Virus genome (UHGV): UHGV-1383976
Reading direction: 5' to 3' (one strand)
Origin: a virus
DNA length: 64,000 nucleotides
The stretch's first letter is position 1. Each line of letters opens with the position of its first letter. A model generated the notes under the pieces. That model saw nothing but the letters and a program-made list of their open reading frames with translations, was not told where the DNA came from and made no database searches. Position numbers and translations under genes: made by a program. Shown here in pieces: positions 38,369 through 46,581 of this stretch.

Positions 38369-39312
38369 TAGAACTTTCCAGTAGAACCGAAACCGCCCTG
38401 ACGGTCTTCCGCTCCATAAAGAGTTATATCATTTACTTCTTGCCAGCTTATTTTAGGAATTTCGGCAAGAACTAACTGGGCGATTTTTTGACCTTTTGTT
38501 ATGTAGACAGGTGAACCATGGAGAATTGATGTGATGATAGGGTGATGAGTTTCATTATCAAAATCATACGCTATGTCTTTGATCGCTGGCTCATTATTTT
38601 CGAGGATTATGCCAATCTCATCATGGAATCCTTCATCAACTGTGCCTATTCCATTCGCAACACGCATATGGGTGCGAGCTGACAGACCAGACTTTGCGCG
38701 CACTTGTATTTCATAGCCTTTTGGTAAAGCCACTCTCAAGCCCGTTGGAATTATTTTGATTTCGCCGGGGTCAATCGTATAATCGTCGAGTGCAAATACG
38801 TCAAGGCCACTGTCAGTTGTATGAGCATATTCAGGAAGTTTTACTTCATCAGACAATCGCTGTATAGGCACACTTACAACACGACGTGCAATTCGCTCAT
38901 TTTCACCAAGCGCATTTGCAACTATACCAAGAATGGATTTGAAGAAATCTATTTTGATTTGAGAAACTTTGCCATCCAAATTGGTTTGGAGTCTTTCTGC
39001 AATGTCGGCCAGTTCATCTATCATATCTTCAGCCGCGACACCTTGAATTGAAAGGTTCTGCGCAATACCAAGCTGAATCTGTGGGTCTTTGAAAGATGTG
39101 TAGAAATTCTCTAGTACATCTGCAGCAATTACCATAAATTTCTCATCATCAAGACTCATCAGACTCGAAAACGCTTTGACGTATTCATCAGCTTCATCAT
39201 CGTCAATCAGATTTCCAAAGAAGAAAGAAAAGGCTTCGCGCAAGGTCTGTTCGACGTCTATTTCTTCAGGCATTTCAATCGGCTGGCCTGAAATATCTAC
39301 TATATCACTCAT
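38368..39312 (-). CDS. dut: dUTPase (C-terminal ~165 aa) fused to a ~150-aa acidic N-terminal domain of unknown function
   Basis: dUTPase motifs 1 (DSGLDVFA), 3 (GTVDEGFHDEIGIIL) and 5 (RQGGFGSTG) present, with a conserved basic-residue region around QVRAKSGLS; residues 1-150 have no recognisable motif. Confidence 0.85.
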   Translation of the reverse strand: MSDIVDISGQPIEMPEEIDVEQTLREAFSFFFGNLIDDDEADEYVKAFSSLMSLDDEKFMVIAADVLENFYTSFKDPQIQLGIAQNLSIQGVAAEDMIDELADIAERLQTNLDGKVSQIKIDFFKSILGIVANALGENERIARRVVSVPIQRLSDEVKLPEYAHTTDSGLDVFALDDYTIDPGEIKIIPTGLRVALPKGYEIQVRAKSGLSARTHMRVANGIGTVDEGFHDEIGIILENNEPAIKDIAYDFDNETHHPIITSILHGSPVYITKGQKIAQLVLAEIPKISWQEVNDITLYGAEDRQGGFGSTGKF

Positions 39313-39530
39313 TCAAGTCCCTCCCATATGGTGCTATATACCATTGTACAAGAAACAACTTCGCAACTGTCAATTATTTCGCCCTTAGACTTCTTATCTT
39401 TGTGAGTGTAGCCGCACTTGGCTATCTGATAACCTCTCTCGCGAGCTTCAGTGCGAAACTTTTCCATCAAATCCTTTGCTTCGTTTTCACTTTCGACTCT
39501 ATATTCCTTAGTTTCTTTGAGCAGTATCAT
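39309..39530 (-). CDS. Hypothetical protein (73 aa)
   Basis: AAAGGAG RBS; first gene downstream of the promoter at 39588-39616. Confidence 0.45.
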   Translation of the reverse strand: MILLKETKEYRVESENEAKDLMEKFRTEARERGYQIAKCGYTHKDKKSKGEIIDSCEVVSCTMVYSTIWEGLE

Positions 39531-39587
39531 TTTATTTCTCCTTTATCCAATACATATAGAAAGGACTTCCTTTCTTTTTATAATATA

Positions 39588-39616
39588 ATTATACCACAAA
39601 AAGATAAGGAAGTCAA
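39588..39616 (-). promoter_or_regulatory. sigma-70-like promoter (minus strand) TTGACT-17-TATAAT
   Basis: Minus-strand reading TTGACTTCCTTATCTTTTTGTGGTATAAT. Confidence 0.7.
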
Positions 39617-39621
39617 ATTTT

Positions 39622-40908
39622 TCAATCTTTATTTTTCAAAACCAGATTGAGAATTATACCAGCCATAAGAGCAAGTGCAGTAGCAGAAATTGAGAAATCA
39701 GTTCCACCAATAGCAAGGCCGCTTATACCGAGAGAAAGAACCGCCGAAACAATTATCAGATTCTTTTGTCCATTCAGATCAACTTGTTGAAGCATCTTTA
39801 TACCACTACAAGCAATAAAACCATAGAGAACAATAGCTGCACCAGCAAAAACACAAGCTGGGATTGAACTGATAAAAGCTTGAACCGGAACGAAAAACCC
39901 CATAAGTATTAGAATAAGAGCGGCTGTCCCACTAACCTTAGCTGAAGCTACTTTACTAAAGCCCACACACGCGACGCCCTCTCCATAAGAGCAAGCGCCA
40001 AGTCCACCAAGTAAACCACTAACAGCATTTGCAAGTCCTTCACCAGCGAAGATGCGGTTAAGGCCGGGCTTCTGATATAGGTCAATACCAATTATGCCGC
40101 CAAGAGCAGCATGGTCGCTAAGGGCCTCCATCATTGCACTTATTGTATAAGCAATAAACAAAAATATCAAAGGAATAAGCTGTGGCAATTCAATGAATTT
40201 GTACCAATTGACATGAGAGATAGCGAGGTCAGGCAAAGCAAAAAGTCTCATATTTTCAAAAATACTAAAATCTACAACAGGAAAAATATTTGTAATTGTA
40301 AGCGCAACCGCATAAGTATAACCAACTAAAGTGCCAAGCAGAAACGGGAGAATCTTTATAATTCCTTTTGCATAATGTGAAAACAGTGCAATTGCTATCA
40401 TTGTGATGATAGCTATACTAACACCCCACATATTAGTTTCGCCATTTATCTGAACATAAGTCAAGATAAAAGGCATAAGATTAATACCTATAACAACCGT
40501 GACCGCGCCGATCAATGATTTGGGGAAAATTTTATATATATTTTCAACGGGAACACGACTAAAGATAAGACCAAAAATTGTATAAACAACCCAAATTACA
40601 AAACAACCAATAATTGCACCTTCATAACCACAAGAAGCAAGTGCAATTAGGATAGGAGCGACGAAAGCACCAGAATTCGAGATGAACATCGGAGACTGGC
40701 CTTTTGTTATAAGAATATAGGCCAAAGTACCGCAACCCGCGCCGACAAGTGCACCAGATATGGCAACGCCGCAAATATTGGCAATAAGCACTGTTGCCAC
40801 AAAAACTGATAACATCATCTGAATGGCAAACAGAATCAGCTTGCCAAAAGGAATTCTATCTCCAAGTGAATAAATCATTCGTGAGTCGCCTCCCAGTCTT
40901 GAAGCCAT
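39622..40908 (-). CDS. Nucleobase:cation symporter (NCS2; xanthine/uracil permease family) membrane transporter (428 aa)
   Basis: ~12-14 TM segments; glycine-rich helices typical of UraA/PyrP-like permeases (ISGALVGAGCGTL, GLLGGLGACSYGEGVACVGFSKV). Confidence 0.65.
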   Translation of the reverse strand: MASRLGGDSRMIYSLGDRIPFGKLILFAIQMMLSVFVATVLIANICGVAISGALVGAGCGTLAYILITKGQSPMFISNSGAFVAPILIALASCGYEGAIIGCFVIWVVYTIFGLIFSRVPVENIYKIFPKSLIGAVTVVIGINLMPFILTYVQINGETNMWGVSIAIITMIAIALFSHYAKGIIKILPFLLGTLVGYTYAVALTITNIFPVVDFSIFENMRLFALPDLAISHVNWYKFIELPQLIPLIFLFIAYTISAMMEALSDHAALGGIIGIDLYQKPGLNRIFAGEGLANAVSGLLGGLGACSYGEGVACVGFSKVASAKVSGTAALILILMGFFVPVQAFISSIPACVFAGAAIVLYGFIACSGIKMLQQVDLNGQKNLIIVSAVLSLGISGLAIGGTDFSISATALALMAGIILNLVLKNKD

Positions 40909-41381
40909 TTTATTACGTCTTCAATATTATCCACTAAAACGCCACCTTGTTTAATAAGGCCAACAGTATAAAGGTTCTGATAACAAAACTGACTCTCACC
41001 AATATCAAGACGCATTATTTCGGCTTTGGCGTCATTGTATGTGCGACTTGCCATACGACTATCGGTACAAATACCGATAATCATTTTCTTGTCTCCGCGC
41101 GTGATCTTTTCGTGAAATTTGCCAATTTCTGCACTTGTTCCAGAAGGAATCACATCGCCATCAATGCAAGCAACAAGGACATCAGTTTCATCCAAGCGCG
41201 CATTATCTCCATCCGCAATCTGCCAAGAGCTTGCACATTTTGTTTTATCATTTATTTCTTTATTTTCCAGAGGATTATAGAGGTTGATTCCGGGAATAGC
41301 ATCACGAATTTGTGCGCTCCATTTCTCATTTCTCATTCTATCTCCTTCACAAAAGATTGGCCCCGCCAAATAAACATTCAT
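40875..41381 (-). CDS. Nucleoside 2-deoxyribosyltransferase (NDT) family protein
   Basis: YLAGPIF motif at N-terminus; D..D and catalytic-Glu-like GTSAEIG block. Start chosen at internal ATG 41381 (MNVYLAGP) with GGAGGA RBS. Overlaps permease start. Confidence 0.65.
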   Translation of the reverse strand: MNVYLAGPIFCEGDRMRNEKWSAQIRDAIPGINLYNPLENKEINDKTKCASSWQIADGDNARLDETDVLVACIDGDVIPSGTSAEIGKFHEKITRGDKKMIIGICTDSRMASRTYNDAKAEIMRLDIGESQFCYQNLYTVGLIKQGGVLVDNIEDVIKWLQDWEATHE

Positions 41382-41737
41382 TCGTCTATATCCTCCAAAT
41401 AAATTATTTTTTTCTCTAATTGCTTTGCCCATTCAATTTCACGTTTTGTGGATTCACCAATATAGCCATTCTTGTTTATTACAAAAATCATATCAGACAT
41501 TGAAATTTTAGCTAGATGCATACGGTCGAGCTGTTGTTTTTCTTTCTCTGTCATTGTATCACCGTAATGCCCATAAATCTCAGGACTTAGGACAATATAG
41601 CCTGCAATTGTAAATTCTTTGCGATATTGCTGAAACAAAGGAAGAAACTTAGTACTGCCACACAATGTAATAATGGGAAACTCATTTTGGTAGTTCCGCA
41701 CTAAAATTTTATTAGTTATTTGTTGTCCCACATTCAT
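41378..41737 (-). CDS. Second NDT-like / Rossmann-fold nucleoside-modifying protein (119 aa from ATG; track ORF starts at TTG 41779)
   Basis: LCGSTKF...YIGESTKREIEWA blocks resemble the NDT/DUF4406-type fold; start ambiguous (TTG 41779 or ATG 41737). Confidence 0.4.
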   Translation of the reverse strand: MNVGQQITNKILVRNYQNEFPIITLCGSTKFLPLFQQYRKEFTIAGYIVLSPEIYGHYGDTMTEKEKQQLDRMHLAKISMSDMIFVINKNGYIGESTKREIEWAKQLEKKIIYLEDIDE

Positions 41738-41966
41738 CCTCGATTCCCATTGCTGCACTAGCTGCTTTATAGCCCTCAATATAGCCCATTGTATGTTCTT
41801 TATTCAGCCTTTCTTGAATATTCTTATAAACTTGCGGGAATAAACTTGCTATCACAAACTCAAAAGAAAGTTCAAGCTCATCTGTGTTTCCATTATACGT
41901 TTTTTCTACTTGCTCAATTACTCGTTTTATGTGCGTGAATCGAACCTTATCTAAATTTTCGTCCAT
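41712..41966 (-). CDS. Hypothetical protein (84 aa)
   Basis: AAAGGAG RBS; overlaps FNT stop. Confidence 0.4.
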   Translation of the reverse strand: MDENLDKVRFTHIKRVIEQVEKTYNGNTDELELSFEFVIASLFPQVYKNIQERLNKEHTMGYIEGYKAASAAMGIEDECGTTNN

Positions 41967-42544
41967 AATGTCTCCTTTCCATAATGTAGGGTTAAAGCGC
42001 CAAATGAATTACCTAATGCAGCAACTAAAATTTTTCGGAAGGAAATTGGTATAGAGCCTGCCGCTGAATAAAACATATTGGCAATGCAGTGATCAAAACC
42101 ACAATAAACAAATAAAAACACAGGGAGCATTATAGCAAGAAGGGACTTTGTTCGTTTGAATCCTTCAACTGCGCAATAGACACATACTCCGCACAAGTAG
42201 GAGCTAAAGAGTAAATTGGCATATGGCATTTCTGCTTTTGAAGAAGCAACTGAGTCGGCCAAAAATGGATTTACCCACCACACCAATAAGCCCAATAGCG
42301 CAGCACCAGCAAAATTTGCAATAAGCATTATACTTAAATCAATAAGATCTGCGCTATCACCTACATAAGCAATACGGCCAGTATAAAGTGGAAGGCTAAG
42401 TTCTAAAATTGAAACAAGCCCAAAGCTAAATAACAGTGCACCCAATATCTTATTTTGGCTAATGAGGTTGGCATATCCGCCAACCCCAATTAGCATACCT
42501 GCAAAGAAAGCAGGAATTATATTATAATTATCTTTTTTTATCAT
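41951..42544 (-). CDS. Compact formate/nitrite transporter (FNT; FocA-like) family channel (197 aa)
   Basis: YCGFDHCIANMF closely matches the FocA TM5 signature (ASGFEHSIANMF) including the central His; TM6 LGNSFGAL resembles FNT GN(I/L)xGG; six TM segments, unusually short. Confidence 0.65.
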   Translation of the reverse strand: MIKKDNYNIIPAFFAGMLIGVGGYANLISQNKILGALLFSFGLVSILELSLPLYTGRIAYVGDSADLIDLSIMLIANFAGAALLGLLVWWVNPFLADSVASSKAEMPYANLLFSSYLCGVCVYCAVEGFKRTKSLLAIMLPVFLFVYCGFDHCIANMFYSAAGSIPISFRKILVAALGNSFGALTLHYGKETLWTKI

Positions 42545-42550
42545 ATTTAT

Positions 42551-42579
42551 ATTATATCAAAATTTTATTGAAAAATCAA
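42551..42579 (-). promoter_or_regulatory. sigma-70-like promoter (minus) TTGATT-17-TATAAT overlapping nrdG stop
   Basis: Minus-strand reading TTGATTTTTCAATAAAATTTTGATATAAT. Confidence 0.6.
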
Positions 42580-43085
42580 ATTTCGAGTTCGCAAATGTGC
42601 GCTTTTTCCAAAGTTTGGTGAACATCTATAAGGCGCTGATTACGAGAGCCACGGAATGGCAAAGTTAAATCACGCTGCTCAAGAATAAAAGGACCATCTA
42701 CCACAACATCGCAAAGTTGGAGTGTTGTTGAAATGCGGCGAGGGGGATTGAAATCCTCCCAGTCCAAGTGGTAGCCAGTATAGAGCCAAATGTCCTTATC
42801 AGGAAATTTTTCTTTGATTTCCCTTAACAACTTATAGATAGTATTGTTGTTTTGTGGCTCAAGTGGATGACCGCCAGAAAGAGTAATGCCTTTTACCCAA
42901 GGTTTAGACAGGGCGTCAAACAATTCTTCTTTTGCGGCATCATCAAAAGGCTTACCTGCACAAAAGTCCCAAGTTTCAGGATTATGACATTCTTTACAAT
43001 GGAGGGAACATCCGGATACCCAAAGGACGACACGTACACCAAAGCCATTTGCGATGTCGCATTTTGTTATTTTGATATAATTCAT
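42576..43085 (-). CDS. nrdG: Anaerobic ribonucleotide reductase activating protein NrdG (radical SAM)
   Basis: CDIANGFGVRVVLWVSGCSLHCKEC motif. Start at ATG 43085 (GGGAGA RBS) overlapping the nrdD stop by 1 nt (TAATG). The upstream in-frame extension is rejected. Confidence 0.85.
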   Translation of the reverse strand: MNYIKITKCDIANGFGVRVVLWVSGCSLHCKECHNPETWDFCAGKPFDDAAKEELFDALSKPWVKGITLSGGHPLEPQNNNTIYKLLREIKEKFPDKDIWLYTGYHLDWEDFNPPRRISTTLQLCDVVVDGPFILEQRDLTLPFRGSRNQRLIDVHQTLEKAHICELEI

Positions 43086-45241
43086 TATGATTCTCCCAAA
43101 TGTAAGACGCGCTCTTTTATTTCTTGGGTACGGCCAAAATTCCAAAAATTAGAGCCAATATAGCCGCAAGTACGACGTGCAACATTCAAGGTAGAATGGT
43201 CGCGATTACCACAATTTGGACAATACCATTCCATATTATCATCAATAAGAATTTCGCCATCAAAACCACACTTCTGACAGTAGTCACTTTTTGTGTTAAG
43301 TTCAGCATACATTATGTTATCGTAAATAAACCTATAAAGCTCCAAGACAGCAGGAATGTTGTTTTGTAAATTAGGAACCTCTACATAGCTTATTGCACCA
43401 CCCGGACTAAGTTTTTGAAACTCAGCCTCAAAAGCAAGTTTATCAAAGGCATTGATTTCTTCAAAAACAGGGACATGATAACTGTTTGTAATATAATTAC
43501 GATCATGCTCATCAAGTTTAATAAATATATCATTACCAAATCGCTGCTTCAAACAACGTGCAAACTTATATGTTGTACTCTCAATAGGAGCGCCATAAAG
43601 AGAATAATCAATTTTTTCGACAGCTTTCCATTCAGCACACTTCTCATTTAAACGTGCCATTACTTCAAGAGCAAAAGGTTTTCCATCAGTTTGTGTATGA
43701 CTATGTCCTGTCATATATTTTACGCACTCATAAAGACCAGCATACCCAAGTGAAATTGTTGAATAGCCATTATGAAGCAACTTATCAAGCCTCTCACCTT
43801 TTTCAAGGCGGGCGAGTGCGCCATTTTGCCAAAGAATAGGGGCAACATCACTAAGGGTTCCCTCAAGACGTTTATGCCTAAGCTGAAGTGCTTTGTGGCA
43901 CAGTTCAGTGCGCTCTTCAAATAACTGCCAAAACTTATCAATATTGCCGCCTGAGCTAAAAGCCAAATCTGGTAAACTGATTGTAACAACACCTTGGTTG
44001 AAACGACCGTAGTATTTTGGGTTATTATTTTCATCAATATAAGGAGTTAGAAAACTTCTACAACCCATACAAGGATAGCAACGCCCCTTACCGGTTTTAT
44101 CTTTTTTTAATTCCAGCATCATTTTTTCAGAAATAATATCGGGGACAAGGCGTTTTGCTGTACATTTTGCTGCGAGTTCTGTTAAATAAAAATATTTGTC
44201 GCCCGGCCGTAAATTATCAGGTTCAAGGACATAAAGTAACTTAGGAAATGCAGGTGTGATATAAACGCCTTTTTCATTCTTGAAGCCTAAAATACGTTGC
44301 TTAATAAACTCCTCTATCAACATTGCCAATTCATTCTTATATTCTTCTGTTTCATTTAAATACATAAACACAGAAAGAAATGGTGCTTGGCCATTTGTTG
44401 TTGTCATTGAATTGACTTGATAATTGAAAGTCTGAACAGCATCAACGACTTCTTTTTTTGTATCAAGTTGCGCATACTTGCACGCACTTTCATCATCAAA
44501 GCCCCAATCCTTATACTTTTTAAGATAAGCCTCATAAGAACTTCTAACAAAAGGAGCAAGGTGCGTAAGAGTAATAGTGGCACCGCCATACGAAGAAGAA
44601 GCAACACCAAGAATTACTTGCGTTGCAATCGTAGAAGCTGTTAAAATTCTGTGTGGCTTCTCAATTTTAACATTGTTGATTACAGTTCCATTTTGAAGAA
44701 CATCTTCCAAGTTGATAAGATCGCAATTATGGAGCGTTTTCTGACCAAAATAATCAATATCGTGGAAGTGTATAATGCCTTTCTCGTGAGCATCTACAAT
44801 TTCTGGAGGAAGAAGAAATCGTTTAGAGATATCTTCACTAACAATACCTGCCATGTAATCGCGCTGTGTTGTTACAAGATCAGCGTTTTTGTTTGAATTT
44901 TCCGCGTTCCAATAATCACTTGTGCCGCTAATTAGTTCAAGTAAATCTTTGTCTGTTGTATTACCTTCGCGCGCAAGCCTATGTTTATACCTATATTCAA
45001 CATAGCGCTCAGCTACGTCTTTTCTTGAACTAGCCATAAGCCGCTCAACTACTAAGTCTTGAATTTCTTCAACACTCAAATCTCTATTAAGTTTTTCTAT
45101 TTGAGTGGCCACCATTCGTGCCTTGTTTTTGGCATAAGATGTTTCACGTCCATCTACTTCCAAAAAGGCTTTGAGAATGGCAACTCTAATTTTCTCTTTA
45201 TCAAATGGAACCGTAGTTCCATCACGTTTTATGACGTACAA
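43085..45241 (-). CDS. nrdD: Anaerobic ribonucleoside-triphosphate reductase NrdD (class III RNR)
   Basis: N-terminal ATP-cone (VIKRDGTTVPFDKEKI). C-terminal Zn ribbon CxxC..CxxC and glycyl-radical motif RRTCGYIG. TTG start at 45241 supported by GGAGG 7 nt upstream. Confidence 0.9.
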   Translation of the reverse strand: MYVIKRDGTTVPFDKEKIRVAILKAFLEVDGRETSYAKNKARMVATQIEKLNRDLSVEEIQDLVVERLMASSRKDVAERYVEYRYKHRLAREGNTTDKDLLELISGTSDYWNAENSNKNADLVTTQRDYMAGIVSEDISKRFLLPPEIVDAHEKGIIHFHDIDYFGQKTLHNCDLINLEDVLQNGTVINNVKIEKPHRILTASTIATQVILGVASSSYGGATITLTHLAPFVRSSYEAYLKKYKDWGFDDESACKYAQLDTKKEVVDAVQTFNYQVNSMTTTNGQAPFLSVFMYLNETEEYKNELAMLIEEFIKQRILGFKNEKGVYITPAFPKLLYVLEPDNLRPGDKYFYLTELAAKCTAKRLVPDIISEKMMLELKKDKTGKGRCYPCMGCRSFLTPYIDENNNPKYYGRFNQGVVTISLPDLAFSSGGNIDKFWQLFEERTELCHKALQLRHKRLEGTLSDVAPILWQNGALARLEKGERLDKLLHNGYSTISLGYAGLYECVKYMTGHSHTQTDGKPFALEVMARLNEKCAEWKAVEKIDYSLYGAPIESTTYKFARCLKQRFGNDIFIKLDEHDRNYITNSYHVPVFEEINAFDKLAFEAEFQKLSPGGAISYVEVPNLQNNIPAVLELYRFIYDNIMYAELNTKSDYCQKCGFDGEILIDDNMEWYCPNCGNRDHSTLNVARRTCGYIGSNFWNFGRTQEIKERVLHLGES

Positions 45242-45242
45242 A

Positions 45243-45443
45243 TCAATCCCTCCCCGGTTCCTCTAAATAACAAAAACGACAATAGCCATCAATAAATTCA
45301 TGAGTACATTGCTTCTGTAATTCACGATTTTCTTTTATCAGCGCAGCTACTGTATTATTCAGAGTATAAACATTCGGGGTCATAATGGACTGAATTATAT
45401 CATTGTTTGCTTCAATTTTTTCATGTATTTCTTGGTTAGACAT
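45243..45443 (-). CDS. Hypothetical protein (66 aa)
   Basis: AAAGGAGG RBS. Confidence 0.4.
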   Translation of the reverse strand: MSNQEIHEKIEANNDIIQSIMTPNVYTLNNTVAALIKENRELQKQCTHEFIDGYCRFCYLEEPGRD

Positions 45444-46581
45444 ATTTCAGCTTTCCTCCTTTTAGTTCTACATTGCGGGCTTCATAAAAGGCCTTGAATA
45501 AATCATAGTTTTTTACACGGATTTTTGTCAGAGAAAGGCGCGCATCAATCTTAGTGGGGACGTGCGGTCTTTTTGTTTTTTCATCTGGCAATGACCGACA
45601 AAATGCATAGACGCTATCACTATCAAGATATTCCTCAAAGACATCTCGATGGCGTGGAGACATTAGTGATACTGCATAGCAATTCATCAGATCAATTGTT
45701 TTGTCCCATCCCATTTTCTCAAAATATTCTTGGTCGTAGCGGAATTTGATTCGAGAAAATGTGTGGCGAAAATATATAATTTGCTTATGAATTAGCGGCA
45801 AAACGCGCTCATAAAAATCATCTTGTGAATTACATTCACGTGTGATGTCGCATTCAAGTTTACTTTTCTTTTTATCCCCTGTTATATAGACATTTTCCAA
45901 CATATCATTTGGAATAAGCCCATCATAAAGAAAAGTAAAATATTGAGATGAAGTCGGCAGGCTCATCCATTGGAGAAGCGAATTCGTATTCTCCGCATAA
46001 ACAGGAAATTTGCTTGAAACATATGGATGAAAAATTCCATAGTTTTTCATTTGTTTCAATAAGTCTTGAATAATTTCAAACGCTCCATCTATTTGGCCGG
46101 GCGTGAAATCATGTAAGAACAAATTGGTTTTTGAGTTGAATGAAGAGGCGAGCTGCCGCGAGAACTGTGGATTTATTGTCGTTCCATCAAGAGAAAGTCG
46201 CAGATGTTGTGCTTTCGTAAGCGATTGGAACGTTAGTGCCATTACCTCACTTGTCTCAAATAACCGTCGCTGTGTCTGATAGATAGACGTATCAGGCGGC
46301 AAATTTTCAATTTCTGGTGGCAATTGTAGATATTGGTTGTCTGAAAAAGCAAGCCCACCAGTTTCAACATTCTTATAAGTGCGGAAATTGGGAATGAAGT
46401 CGCCATCATTGTAATCCTTGTAATAATACAACTTGGTGTAATATTCTGGCGAAAAAGAGGGAGTTAAAGAAATAATATCCCTCTTTCTGCGGTAATATGT
46501 GGCCATTTTCATTATCTCAAGATTGAAGGCTGTGTGAGTAAAGTGCTTCATATCTTCATCATAGAATCCAATTGCAGCCAT
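45436..46581 (-). CDS. Hypothetical protein (381 aa) downstream of polymerase
   Basis: ATG overlaps Pol III alpha stop; no motif recognised. Confidence 0.5.
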   Translation of the reverse strand: MAAIGFYDEDMKHFTHTAFNLEIMKMATYYRRKRDIISLTPSFSPEYYTKLYYYKDYNDGDFIPNFRTYKNVETGGLAFSDNQYLQLPPEIENLPPDTSIYQTQRRLFETSEVMALTFQSLTKAQHLRLSLDGTTINPQFSRQLASSFNSKTNLFLHDFTPGQIDGAFEIIQDLLKQMKNYGIFHPYVSSKFPVYAENTNSLLQWMSLPTSSQYFTFLYDGLIPNDMLENVYITGDKKKSKLECDITRECNSQDDFYERVLPLIHKQIIYFRHTFSRIKFRYDQEYFEKMGWDKTIDLMNCYAVSLMSPRHRDVFEEYLDSDSVYAFCRSLPDEKTKRPHVPTKIDARLSLTKIRVKNYDLFKAFYEARNVELKGGKLKYV

